64,000 nucleotides of DNA, taken from assembly GCA_963717635.1 (NCBI GenBank), contig OY970347.1:99677-163676 (forward strand). Direction: 5' to 3'. Source of the DNA: an uncultured bacterium. GTDB taxonomy: Bacteria > Actinomycetota > Thermoleophilia > Solirubrobacterales > 70-9. Of the stretch, positions 26,860-35,744 are shown piece after piece. Each line of letters starts with the position of its first letter. Positions within the stretch are counted from its first letter, which is position 1. The notes under the pieces are model-generated. The model saw only the letters and a program-made list of their open reading frames with translations. It was not told where the DNA came from and made no database searches. The translations under genes were made by a program, and so were the position numbers.

Positions 26860-27312
26860 ATGACCTCGGCGCACTCGTCGCCGCCGGTGATCGCAAACGA
26901 CCTGGATCAGGCGATCGCCGCGGTCCGCGAGAGTGGGATGCGCGTCTCGTCGGCCCGGCGCCGGCTGCTCGAGGTCCTGTTCGCTGCCGACGGGCCGCAG
27001 ACCGCCGAGGAGCTCGCGGCGGCGAGTGGATCCGGATCGGATCCGGCATCCGTCTACCGCAACCTCGAGCGACTCGAATCGATCGGGCTCGTCCGCCACG
27101 TGCATCTAGGCCACGGGCCCGGGCTCTACGCGCTCGCCGGCTCCTTCGCGGCGGGTTACGTGGTCTGCGACCGCTGCGGCGCCCGCCATGCCGCCACCGA
27201 CGAGGATCTCGAAGTGGTCCGCGCGGCGGTTCGCAAGCGGTTCGGCTACGAGGTGGCGTTCACGCACTTCCCGATCGTCGGCCTCTGCCCGCGTTGCGCG
27301 GAGTCGGGATGA
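26860..27312 (+). CDS. Fur-family metalloregulator (Nur-like by context)
   Basis: Winged-helix region 'RRRLLEVLF...TAEELA', 'VYRNLERLESIGLV', 'HVHLGHG', two CxxC pairs 'CDRCG'/'CPRC'. The track start TTG 26824 lies in the operator and was rejected. Confidence 0.8.
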   Translation: MTSAHSSPPVIANDLDQAIAAVRESGMRVSSARRRLLEVLFAADGPQTAEELAAASGSGSDPASVYRNLERLESIGLVRHVHLGHGPGLYALAGSFAAGYVVCDRCGARHAATDEDLEVVRAAVRKRFGYEVAFTHFPIVGLCPRCAESG

Positions 27313-28052
27313 GCTTCGACTTCCTCTACCAGCCGATCGAGCACCTCGACGAGTCGCTGACCGGCCTGTTCGAGGGAGCCGGGCTGCTGGTCGCCATCGG
27401 CCTCGCGTTCCTGCTCGGCCTGCGCCACGCTTCGGATCCCGACCACCTGGTGGCCGTCACCTCGCTGGTCGCCTCCGACGACGCGGACGGCCGCGCCGCA
27501 GCCCGCCTCGGGGCCTGGTGGGGCGCCGGGCACGCGGCCACCCTCCTGCTGATCGGCCTGCCGCTGATCGCGTTCAAGTCGGGGCTGCCGGCCTGGCTGG
27601 AGACCGGTGCCGAGCGGGCCGTCGGGGTCGTGATCGTGTTCCTGGCCGGGCGCGTCCTGCTCAAGTGGTGGCGGGGCGACTACCGCGGCGGAGCGCACCG
27701 CCACCTACAGCCCGTCGGGTCCCATCGCCACGTGCGCCACGGCGATCGCGACCACCGCCACGACCAGGTGCGGAGCCCGCGCCAGGCATTTGCGATCGGG
27801 GTGCTGCACGGCCTCGCAGGTTCCGGCGCGGTGGTCCTGCTGCTGATCGCCGCGCTGCCGACCCAGCTCGAGGCGGCCGCGGCGCTGGCCGTCTTCGCCC
27901 CGATGTCGGTGGTCTCGATGGCCGCCTGCACAGCGGCCTTCGCCTGGGTCCTCACGCGCCCGGCCGTAGAGCCGGTCTACCGGGCCGTCCTGATTCCGGC
28001 GCTGGGGGCGTTCGGGGTGCTGTTCGGCCTCTGGTACGTCGGACTCACCTGA
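27309..28052 (+). CDS. NicO-superfamily (NiCoT/RcnA-like) nickel/cobalt transporter with His-rich loop
   Basis: ATGA overlap with the regulator stop. 'LGLRHASDPDHLVAV' resembles the RHA-D-DH NiCoT signature. About 6 hydrophobic segments. Central loop 'AHRHLQPVGSHRHVRHGDRDHRH'. Confidence 0.7.
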   Translation: MSFDFLYQPIEHLDESLTGLFEGAGLLVAIGLAFLLGLRHASDPDHLVAVTSLVASDDADGRAAARLGAWWGAGHAATLLLIGLPLIAFKSGLPAWLETGAERAVGVVIVFLAGRVLLKWWRGDYRGGAHRHLQPVGSHRHVRHGDRDHRHDQVRSPRQAFAIGVLHGLAGSGAVVLLLIAALPTQLEAAAALAVFAPMSVVSMAACTAAFAWVLTRPAVEPVYRAVLIPALGAFGVLFGLWYVGLT

Positions 28053-30354
28053 GCCGCGAACGGGCAACCGCCACCTGGCCGTAGGCGATGCCTCCGTCGT
28101 TCGGGGGCAGCCGAACCGGAACCAGCGTCCGCAGTCGAGAGGCCGTGAGGCCGGCCAGCGTCCGCTCGAGCAACAGCCGGTTCTGAAAGACGCCGCCGGA
28201 AAGGACCACGAGGTCGACCCCCGCGCGCTCGCATTCCTGAGCGCACACCGCCGCCGTCGCCTCGGCGAGCCCGTTGTGAAACCGGGCCGCGACGATCGCG
28301 ACCGGCACCGACGAATCGAGGTCGGCCAAGACGGCAGCGATCGCCGGCCTGGGATCGAGCACCAACGGCGCCCGCCCGCCGTCCGCCAGGTCGAAGCGAT
28401 ACCCGCCCCGTTCGGCCGGATCCGCCGCGCCCTCGAGCTCGGCGGCCGCCTGGCCCTCGTAGTTCGCCCGGGCGCGGATGCCGCAGAGGGCCGCGACCGC
28501 GTCGAACAGGCGGCCGGCGCTGGTCGTCAGCGGCGAGCCGGCGCCGCTGCGGGCGATCCCGCAGACCTGCTCCCAGTCGCTCAGCTCCACCTCTGCTCGA
28601 AGCGCGCCGGGAACCCCCGGGAGCTCGTCGTCGAACGCGTGAACGAGCCATGAGGCCGCCATCCGCCAGGGCTCGCGGACGGCGGCGTCGCCACCCGGGA
28701 GCCGCACCGGCATCAAAAAGCCGGCCCGTTCGAACGCCTCCAGGCCACCGGCCAGCAGCTCGCCTCCCCAGACGGTGCCATCCGTCCCGTAGCCGCTGCC
28801 GTCGAAGATCGCGCCGACGGCCGGCCCCGACTCGCCGTGCTCGGCCAAACACGCCGCGAGATGGGCGTGATGGTGCTGAACGGCGACGGTTTCCACCCCC
28901 TCGCGTTCGAGCGCGTAGCGCGTCGAGAGGTAGTCCGGGTGCAGGTCGTGCGCGACGAGCGCCGGGCTCACTGCGAACAGCCGCTGGAAGTGCTCCACAC
29001 CCTCCCGGAACGAGGTGAGGGTCTCGAAGTTCTTGAGGTCGCCGATGTGATGGCTGACCCATGCTCGGTCTCCCTTGGCAACGCAGAACGTGCTCTTCAG
29101 CTCCGCCCCGCAGCCGAGCGCCGGGACCGGAGCGGCGACCGGCAGCGCCAAGCTTTGGGGCACGAAACCCCGCGACCGGCGGAGCATCACCCGCCCCGGG
29201 CCGGCCTCGGGCGCCAGCGCCCGCAGCACCGAGTCGTCAGTGCGCATGTGGATCGGCCGGTCGTGGACCAGGAACGCATCGGCGATCGGCGCCAGCCGAG
29301 CAAGAGCCTCGTCGTCGAGGTAGGCGATCGGCTCGTCCGACAGGTTGGCCGAGGTCATCACCAGCGCCCGGCCGACGTCGGACAGCAGCAGGTGATGGAG
29401 GGGCGTGTACGGCAGCATCACCCCGAGGTCGCGCGAGCCCGGCGCGACAGTCGGTGCAACCCGGGCGCCCGGCCGGCGCCGCGCGATCACGATCGGGCGC
29501 TCCGGCGCCGCCAGCAACTCGCGATCCGCCGGCTCCATCTCGACCAGCGCCTCCACCGCGGCCGAATCGGAGGCCATCAGGGCGAACGGCTTGTCCTCGC
29601 GGTGCTTGCGGCTCCGCAGCGCCTCCACCGCCGGCTCTGAATCCGCGAGGCAGGCGAGGTGGTAGCCGCCGAGGCCCTTGACGGCGAGAATCGCTCCCTC
29701 CCCGATCAGGGTGGCCGCGTGCGCCACCGCGTCTGCGGCGCGCGAGGGAATCGCCGCCCCATCGGCCGCGACCATCCTCGCCTGTGGCCCGCAGGCGGGA
29801 CACGCGTTCGGCTGCGCGTGGAAACGCCGGTCGCCGGGGTCGTCGTACTCCGCGCGGCACACTTCGCACATCTCGAACCCGGCCATCGTCGTCGACGGCC
29901 GGTCGTACGGAACGCCGCGGACGATCGTGAACCGCGGCCCGCAATTCGTGCAGTTGGTGAACGGATAGCGGTGGCGTCGGTCGGCGGGGTCCATGACCTC
30001 CGCCAGGCACTCGGCGCAGGTCGCCGAATCCGGCGCCACCAGCGCCTGAGCCTCGCCGCCGGCCGGCGAGGCGGCGATCCTGAACTCGAACTCGCCGATG
30101 GCGGGCGCCGCGTCCCGCACCACGTCCTCGATGCTCGCGAGCGGCGGCGCCTCATCCTGGAGCCGAGCTTCGAAGCTCGCGAGCGCGCCAGGCTTTCCCT
30201 CGACCTCCAACAACACCCCCCGTTCGTCGTTCAGGACCCAGCCGCCCAGGTCGAGCTCTGACGCCAGCCGGAAGACGTACGGCCGGAAGCCGACCCCCTG
30301 GACCGTGCCGGTCACCCGCATCCGCGCCCGCGCGCGGCCCGTGCGCTCCGCCAC
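28045..30354 (-). CDS. hypF: [NiFe]-hydrogenase maturation carbamoyltransferase
   Basis: Acylphosphatase 'VTGTVQGVGFRPYVFRLA'. Two Zn-finger pairs 'CAEC..NCTNCGPRFT' and 'CEVC..NACPACGP'. YrdC and Kae1-like domains. 769 aa. Confidence 0.95.
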   Translation of the reverse strand: MAERTGRARARMRVTGTVQGVGFRPYVFRLASELDLGGWVLNDERGVLLEVEGKPGALASFEARLQDEAPPLASIEDVVRDAAPAIGEFEFRIAASPAGGEAQALVAPDSATCAECLAEVMDPADRRHRYPFTNCTNCGPRFTIVRGVPYDRPSTTMAGFEMCEVCRAEYDDPGDRRFHAQPNACPACGPQARMVAADGAAIPSRAADAVAHAATLIGEGAILAVKGLGGYHLACLADSEPAVEALRSRKHREDKPFALMASDSAAVEALVEMEPADRELLAAPERPIVIARRRPGARVAPTVAPGSRDLGVMLPYTPLHHLLLSDVGRALVMTSANLSDEPIAYLDDEALARLAPIADAFLVHDRPIHMRTDDSVLRALAPEAGPGRVMLRRSRGFVPQSLALPVAAPVPALGCGAELKSTFCVAKGDRAWVSHHIGDLKNFETLTSFREGVEHFQRLFAVSPALVAHDLHPDYLSTRYALEREGVETVAVQHHHAHLAACLAEHGESGPAVGAIFDGSGYGTDGTVWGGELLAGGLEAFERAGFLMPVRLPGGDAAVREPWRMAASWLVHAFDDELPGVPGALRAEVELSDWEQVCGIARSGAGSPLTTSAGRLFDAVAALCGIRARANYEGQAAAELEGAADPAERGGYRFDLADGGRAPLVLDPRPAIAAVLADLDSSVPVAIVAARFHNGLAEATAAVCAQECERAGVDLVVLSGGVFQNRLLLERTLAGLTASRLRTLVPVRLPPNDGGIAYGQVAVARSRLR

Positions 30355-31541
30355 TACCGCGGCTCCAGGAGCTCGAGCGCCGAGTGGTAGGCGCTCGCCT
30401 GCGCTTCCTGGATCCGAGGGATGTGCTGCGAGCGGGTCACGATCACATGGTCGGCCAGCTCCTCCGCCGCCACCCGCCCTCCGTCGTACCCGACGAACGC
30501 AACGGTGAGCAGCCCGCGACGGCGAGCCTCGGCGAGGGCGTCGATGATGTTCACCGAGTTGCCGCTGGTCGAGAGCGCGACCGCGACATCGCCTTCGCGG
30601 CCGTAGGCGATGACCTGCCGCTGGAAGATCTCCTCCACCCCGACGTCATTCGCGATCGCCGTCAGGATCGACGGGTCCTCGGTCAGGTCCAGCGCCGGGA
30701 ACCGGGGGCGCAGGTCAGCGACCAAATCCATCGCATCCGTCGCCGAGCCGCCGTTGCCGAATGCCAGGAGCTTGTGGCCGCCCGCGAACGCCTCCCGCAG
30801 CGCCACCGCCGTTGCGAACAGCTCCTCGCGGTTCTCGGTGAGGGTCTGGGCGCGCAGCTCGCCGACCTCCTCCGCCTTCATCAGGGCCGACCGGCCGACG
30901 TCGTCGAGGATCGAGCCGAGGTCGGTCTCGGACTCCGAGAGGAACGGGTAAAGGAAGCTCGAGGCGCCGGGATCGTGCACGGGCTTGGCCTCGCGGCCCT
31001 CGAGCAGACCGCGGTGGTCGAAAAAGACGTGGACCAGCTCCCACAGCAGGTGGTACAGGGTCTCGATCAGCTCCTGGCGCAGGTAGGGATCGGCGCTGGG
31101 CGGGTCGAACTCCCACTCGGCGCCCGCCCCCGAGGCAAACGCGATCGTCAGGCAACCGAGCCCGCGGGCACGGCTCAGCGCGTCCCGCGTCTCGCCGCTG
31201 TCGGGCTCGTCGCAGCCGAAGGCCACCGCGATGTCGCCGGGCTCACAGAGCGCCTCCACCTGGGCCGGCAGGCCGCCGCCCTCGCGGGCCAAACCGATCG
31301 CCGGCAGCGCCCGCTTGCCGACGATCACCGGGTGCACGAACTCGACCGCGATGTGCCGGACGTCGGAGCGAGCGACGGGCGAGAGCCCGAACGCAACCAG
31401 GCGGCCGCCACGCGCGAACCGCTCCGCCATCCGGTGGCAGCACGCGGCAAGCCGCGCAGCCTCGGCCTCGAAGAACTCCGAGTTCGCCCGGGTGCGACTC
31501 GCCAGCAGGTCGTCGAGCCGGCCGGCTGTCGCGGTGTCCAT
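30354..31541 (-). CDS. Tandem SIS-domain (GmhA/phosphoheptose-isomerase-like) protein
   Basis: Two SIS-like halves: 'GGRLVAFGLSP...' and 'GHKLLAFGNGGSATDAMDL...ALSTSGNSVNIIDA'. Confidence 0.8.
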   Translation of the reverse strand: MDTATAGRLDDLLASRTRANSEFFEAEAARLAACCHRMAERFARGGRLVAFGLSPVARSDVRHIAVEFVHPVIVGKRALPAIGLAREGGGLPAQVEALCEPGDIAVAFGCDEPDSGETRDALSRARGLGCLTIAFASGAGAEWEFDPPSADPYLRQELIETLYHLLWELVHVFFDHRGLLEGREAKPVHDPGASSFLYPFLSESETDLGSILDDVGRSALMKAEEVGELRAQTLTENREELFATAVALREAFAGGHKLLAFGNGGSATDAMDLVADLRPRFPALDLTEDPSILTAIANDVGVEEIFQRQVIAYGREGDVAVALSTSGNSVNIIDALAEARRRGLLTVAFVGYDGGRVAAEELADHVIVTRSQHIPRIQEAQASAYHSALELLEPR

Positions 31542-31565
31542 CAGGTCAGCTTAGATCGGGGGCGG

Positions 31566-32246
31566 TCAGGCGGTCGCCCCCGCCCGCGCGGGCACGCCCG
31601 CGAGCCACTCGCGGAACGCCTCGACGCCCTCGCCCGTCCTGGCGCTCACCAGCATCGTGCCGGCGCCGGGGTTGACGGCGTCGATGTTGGCGAGCAGCCG
31701 GTCGACATCGAAGTCGAGGTGCGGCAACAGGTCGATCTTGTTGATCACCACCAGCTCGCAGGCCCTGAACATCAGCGGGTACTTGAGCGGCTTGTCCTCG
31801 CCCTCGGTGACCGACGTGATCATCGCGCGGACGTCCTCCCCCACCCTGAACTCGGCCGGGCAAACCAGGTTGCCCACGTTCTCGATCACCAACAGGTCGA
31901 TCGCGTCCAGCTCGAGTGCGGGAATCGCGGAGCGGACCATGTTCGCGTCCAGGTGACACTCGCCGCCGAAGCCCTGGTCGGTGTTGATCTGCGTCACCGG
32001 GACGTGCAGGCTCGCGATGCGATCGGCGTCCATCGAGCCCTGGACATCTCCCTCGAGGACCCCTGGGCGAACTCCCTCGAGTCCCTGCAACGCGGCCTCG
32101 AGCAACGTCGTCTTGCCGGCGCCGGGTGCGCTCATCAGGTTCACCACGCGCACCTGAGAGCGGTCGAAGTCGTCGCGGTTCGCGCGGGCGATCGTCTCGT
32201 TGGCGTCCAGCGCGTCCTCGGCGACCCTGATCTTCGTGCGGTGCAT
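31566..32246 (-). CDS. hypB: Hydrogenase nickel-incorporation GTPase
   Basis: P-loop 'SAPGAGKTTLLE', 'CHLDA', 'ENVGNLVCPA', 'NKIDLL'. Confidence 0.95.
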   Translation of the reverse strand: MHRTKIRVAEDALDANETIARANRDDFDRSQVRVVNLMSAPGAGKTTLLEAALQGLEGVRPGVLEGDVQGSMDADRIASLHVPVTQINTDQGFGGECHLDANMVRSAIPALELDAIDLLVIENVGNLVCPAEFRVGEDVRAMITSVTEGEDKPLKYPLMFRACELVVINKIDLLPHLDFDVDRLLANIDAVNPGAGTMLVSARTGEGVEAFREWLAGVPARAGATA

Positions 32247-32264
32247 CGCTTCCTCCCTGGATCT

Positions 32265-32672
32265 CTAGTGGACGGCGCCCTTGGCGGGCTCCGCATCGGA
32301 AACCTCGATCGATTCGACCTCGAGCTCGCCCCCGGTCAAAACCTCGCCCGCCTCGCCGCAGGTGGGGCAACGAAAGGCGGGGATCGCCGGATAGCCGTCG
32401 AGCGGCTCGCCGTGGCTCGCGACCGGCGGCGGCGCCGGGTCCCATTCGCACCAGCACGCGGGGCAGCGGAGCTGCGAGTCGACGTGCGCGATCCGCATCT
32501 CGGCCCCCTCGACGTCGGTGTCGCGGGCGACGATCTCGAAGTAGAACGACAGCGAATCGGGCACGACCTGGCGCAGGCGCCCGATCCGCACGTCCACCAC
32601 GGTCACCTTGCGGCCAGCGGCATGGCGGAGCGCGGTGTCCACAATCGCCTGCGAGATCGAGAGCTCATGCAT
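32265..32672 (-). CDS. hypA: Hydrogenase nickel-insertion protein
   Basis: 'MHELSISQAIVD' N-terminus. Zn site 'CPAC...CPTCG'. Confidence 0.9.
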   Translation of the reverse strand: MHELSISQAIVDTALRHAAGRKVTVVDVRIGRLRQVVPDSLSFYFEIVARDTDVEGAEMRIAHVDSQLRCPACWCEWDPAPPPVASHGEPLDGYPAIPAFRCPTCGEAGEVLTGGELEVESIEVSDAEPAKGAVH

Positions 32673-33186
32673 CGGCGCCCGCCCCCTCGTACGCCTCGTC
32701 GGTCCGCAGCTCCTCGACCGTCTCGATCACCAGCGCCACGCCGCGCTCAACGGCGGCCTCGACCTCGGGCGAGAGCTCGAGCCCCATCGCCTCGACCTCG
32801 GCCGGCTCGCACGCGATCACCGTCACCTTGCCCGGCCAGCCGCCTACGGTCTTGACGAAGCGCAGCACGCTGTGCGGGTCCATCCCGTGCGGATTGATGA
32901 CCTCGCCGTCGTCGATCGGCTTGACATCGGCGGGATCCGGCTCCATCACGTACAGCGTCCCCGGCTCGCCGCCCTGCCGGCTGACGTCGACCAGCACCAG
33001 GGCGGCGTACCCGCGCATCAGCTCGTAGGCGAGGTCGAGGCCGCCGGTGCCGAAGTCGAGCAGGGTGACGCCGTCCGGGAGCTCCGCCTTCTCGAGCGCG
33101 CTCACGACCTTGCTGCCGAAGCCGTCGTCGGACAGCCACGAATTGCCGACGCCGGCGACCAGGATCTGCGGCTCCGGCGGGCTCAC
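32665..33186 (-). CDS. Hydrogenase maturation endopeptidase (HupD/HybD-like)
   Basis: 'ILVAGVGNSWLSDDGFG', 'LLDFGTGGLDL', 'NPHGMD'. GTG 33186 overlaps the upstream TGA. The remainder of the 573-aa track ORF was rejected. Confidence 0.85.
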   Translation of the reverse strand: MSPPEPQILVAGVGNSWLSDDGFGSKVVSALEKAELPDGVTLLDFGTGGLDLAYELMRGYAALVLVDVSRQGGEPGTLYVMEPDPADVKPIDDGEVINPHGMDPHSVLRFVKTVGGWPGKVTVIACEPAEVEAMGLELSPEVEAAVERGVALVIETVEELRTDEAYEGAGADA

Positions 33187-34337
33187 CCCTCGACCTCCAG
33201 GGGTTCGACCTCGTGGCCCTTGAAGAAGATGTAGCGCCCGGTCTCGCGAAACAGATCCTGCGACGCGTCGCCGTCGACCGTCACGCCGACGTGGATCTGA
33301 TCGTCGTAGTCGAAGTAGATCCGCTCGACGGTGGCGGTGCGCCCGGCGAGGAGCGTGTCGTAGATGTCGCGCCCGCCCGGCGCCGGCCTCAGGACCACCT
33401 TGCCGCCCTTGCGCACAACCCCGCGCTCGGTCTTGATCTGCCTCTCGCCGGGGTTCGGGTGACCGGGTTCCGCCGCCTCGATTTCTTCCAGCCGGCCGTG
33501 GAGCTGCATGATCTCCTCGGGGGTCGTCGCCTGCGCCCGCGCGACCATCTCGCGCACGGCCTCGTCCTGATCGGCGATCTGCGCGCGCTCGTCGTCGCTC
33601 AGAGCGTGGACGTGCAGCAGCAGCGCCTCCTCGATCTCGGTGTTGTCGAACAGGTTGCCGAGGCTCTCCGGGGCCATCGCCGGGTGGTCGGGCAGCACGA
33701 ACGCGGCGCCGAGGATCGCCGTGTCGGTGGGGTTCGCAAGCACCGGGAAGGTGTTGATGCTCTCGCAGGTCGCCACGGCCGCGCCCTCGGCGCCCTCGCG
33801 CTCGAGCGGCGAGACGAAACGGCCGCTGGACGTCTCGATCACGACCAGCGTCGAGATCAGGCTCGACCGCAGGGCATCCCCGCGAGGCAGGCCCTCGCCG
33901 CCCTCGACCTCGGTCGTGTTGTGGACGCACATCCGGACCCGCGCCAGGTCGCCGTCCAGGAGCTCGGCACGGAGCCTCACCCTGCCCTCGATCCGAGTCT
34001 CGCCGTCGAACTCGAAGGGCGTTCCGACGCCGTCCTGCGCCAGGTCGGCCAGCGTTGTCGCCGGCAGTTCGAGGCACCGCTCGGTGCCCTGGTGGCGCTC
34101 GCCCGACGCCTGCAGGAACCGCACCGTTCCGGTCAGCTTCGCCTGCTCCGGCGCCGCGATCACGCATTCGGCCCGGAGGTGGTCGAACGTGGCTGGGTTG
34201 CCGCCGGCGTAGGCGGGCGGGTAGACGATCCCGAACGGCGTCGGGGTGGCGTTCTTGGTCGCGCCCGGCGTGTATGGGTAGAGCGCGTAGCCCTCGTACA
34301 GCAGCGAGTCGACGAGCGTCTCGAGCGGCTTGTCCAC
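33183..34337 (-). CDS. Uncharacterised protein in the hydrogenase operon (384 aa)
   Basis: Coding-like frame, translationally coupled at both ends (TAGTG, GTGA). No motif I can name. Confidence 0.6.
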   Translation of the reverse strand: MDKPLETLVDSLLYEGYALYPYTPGATKNATPTPFGIVYPPAYAGGNPATFDHLRAECVIAAPEQAKLTGTVRFLQASGERHQGTERCLELPATTLADLAQDGVGTPFEFDGETRIEGRVRLRAELLDGDLARVRMCVHNTTEVEGGEGLPRGDALRSSLISTLVVIETSSGRFVSPLEREGAEGAAVATCESINTFPVLANPTDTAILGAAFVLPDHPAMAPESLGNLFDNTEIEEALLLHVHALSDDERAQIADQDEAVREMVARAQATTPEEIMQLHGRLEEIEAAEPGHPNPGERQIKTERGVVRKGGKVVLRPAPGGRDIYDTLLAGRTATVERIYFDYDDQIHVGVTVDGDASQDLFRETGRYIFFKGHEVEPLEVEG

Positions 34338-35041
34338 TACTCACCCGCCTCCGCCTGGTCGAGCAGGTCGGCGACGCAGGCGTCAAAGGTGGGCGAGCCG
34401 AGCCGAGCCTTCCGGCTCTGGATCCGGGCGACCGTCTCGGTGCTGAGCGGGATCCAGCTCCGGTACGGGTGGTGCTCGGCGATCATCGCCTGCCAGACGG
34501 CAACCGGCATATCGAAGCGGATCGAACGGTCCCATGGGATCAGCACGACCTGCACCTGGCGCCCCTCCTCCTCGTAGAAGACCGAGCCGTTGAAGTGGAG
34601 CCGCAGCGGCACCGTGCCGTCGGCCAGCGAGTCGAAGTACTTCCCCGACGCCAGCTCGAGGTCGTAGGTGCACGGCACGTTCAGCGCAAACTCCCCGGTG
34701 CCCGTGAAGCCGCTCACCATCGTCTCGACCTGGGCCCAGCGGAAGCTGCCGGTCGTCGAAGCCCAGCGCTCCGGCTCGCCGAACATCTCCATCAACCGCT
34801 CGCGCTCTCCCTCCGAGTATGAGCGCTTGGCGGGCTCGACCGTCAACAGCGCCGTCAGCGCCACCGCGTAGACGGGGCGCTCGGCCTCGGTCGTGATCCG
34901 GCCGTTGAAGCGCAGGGTCGGAGCGGCTGAACGCGGGACCGGCTCGACGGAGAGGATCTCGAACTCCGGCTCCGGCGCCCCGGCGAAGGCCGGCAGCACC
35001 AGTTCCTCGGGCGGAACCTGGGCTTGCGGAGGATCGCTCAT
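34337..35041 (-). CDS. Uncharacterised protein in the hydrogenase operon (234 aa)
   Basis: ATGA overlap with the upstream gene. 'MSDPPQAQ...'. No recognisable motif. Confidence 0.6.
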   Translation of the reverse strand: MSDPPQAQVPPEELVLPAFAGAPEPEFEILSVEPVPRSAAPTLRFNGRITTEAERPVYAVALTALLTVEPAKRSYSEGERERLMEMFGEPERWASTTGSFRWAQVETMVSGFTGTGEFALNVPCTYDLELASGKYFDSLADGTVPLRLHFNGSVFYEEEGRQVQVVLIPWDRSIRFDMPVAVWQAMIAEHHPYRSWIPLSTETVARIQSRKARLGSPTFDACVADLLDQAEAGE

Positions 35042-35739
35042 CCCGGATGGCGCTCGCGCATGTCGCTGAAGAAGCCGGCGATCGCCTCGTCGACTCCGCT
35101 GCCCCCGGAGATCCCCTCCCAGGCGGCCTTGACCGTCCCGACCATCCGGTAGCACTCGTCGATCGGGATGATCACGTGGATTGGCGGGTCCGCGAGCCGG
35201 TTGACCACGAACGCCTCGGCATCGGGCTCCAGGCCGGCAAGGGCGGGATTGGCGGCCTTCAACTCGTCCCAGGCGTCGAGGTCGAGCTCGCACTCGGTCG
35301 AGCCTGCGGGGCTGGGATAGAACGCGACGGTCTCGCCCGTTGCCCCGTTGGTCGTGAAGAAGGCAAGGCCGATCGGGATCCCCAGCCGGGCCCAGAGCTC
35401 GTCGGCCATCTCGAGCTCGTCGATCCAGACCACGCGCGTCCCGGCGGGCCGCATCTCGGGGTCGCCGGAGCGCTCGTTCAGGCACGGCTCGCAGGCGCAC
35501 ATGATGCGGCGCTCGGTGAGCTGCAACATGTGGCGATGCTGGACCGGAAGCGGGGTCCCACAGAAGTCGCACTGCTCCTCGGGCACGGTCGCGGCGGCGG
35601 GGCCATTGCCGCTGGGCTCGGTACGAGCCCCCGCGGCCTTGAGCCCCCGCAGGCCGCTGACGAGATCTGAGCGCCGCCGAGAGGCGGAGCGCTGCGCGAG
35701 CGCGTCGCGTCCGGCTCCGTTTCCGCCCGGCTCGTTCAT
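35038..35739 (-). CDS. Uncharacterised Cys-motif protein in the hydrogenase operon (233 aa)
   Basis: ATG 35739 lies 5 nt after the upstream stop. Disordered Arg/Ser-rich N-terminus, then 'CDFCG-x18-CACEPC' (CxxC...CxCxxC). Confidence 0.6.
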   Translation of the reverse strand: MNEPGGNGAGRDALAQRSASRRRSDLVSGLRGLKAAGARTEPSGNGPAAATVPEEQCDFCGTPLPVQHRHMLQLTERRIMCACEPCLNERSGDPEMRPAGTRVVWIDELEMADELWARLGIPIGLAFFTTNGATGETVAFYPSPAGSTECELDLDAWDELKAANPALAGLEPDAEAFVVNRLADPPIHVIIPIDECYRMVGTVKAAWEGISGGSGVDEAIAGFFSDMRERHPG

Positions 35740-35744
35740 GGCTT

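Noticed and set aside
30384-32855. 823-aa + strand ORF
   Set aside because: It is antisense to the well-supported SIS, hypB and hypA genes. It shows Arg/Asp/Leu/Gly-rich mirror-frame composition and no motifs.
33187-34386. Upstream 400 codons of the 573-aa - strand ORF (32665..34386)
   Set aside because: Arg/Gly/Pro/Ala low-complexity sequence overlaps a much more protein-like ORF (33183..34337) in another frame. Only the C-terminal 173 aa (the maturation protease) is credible.
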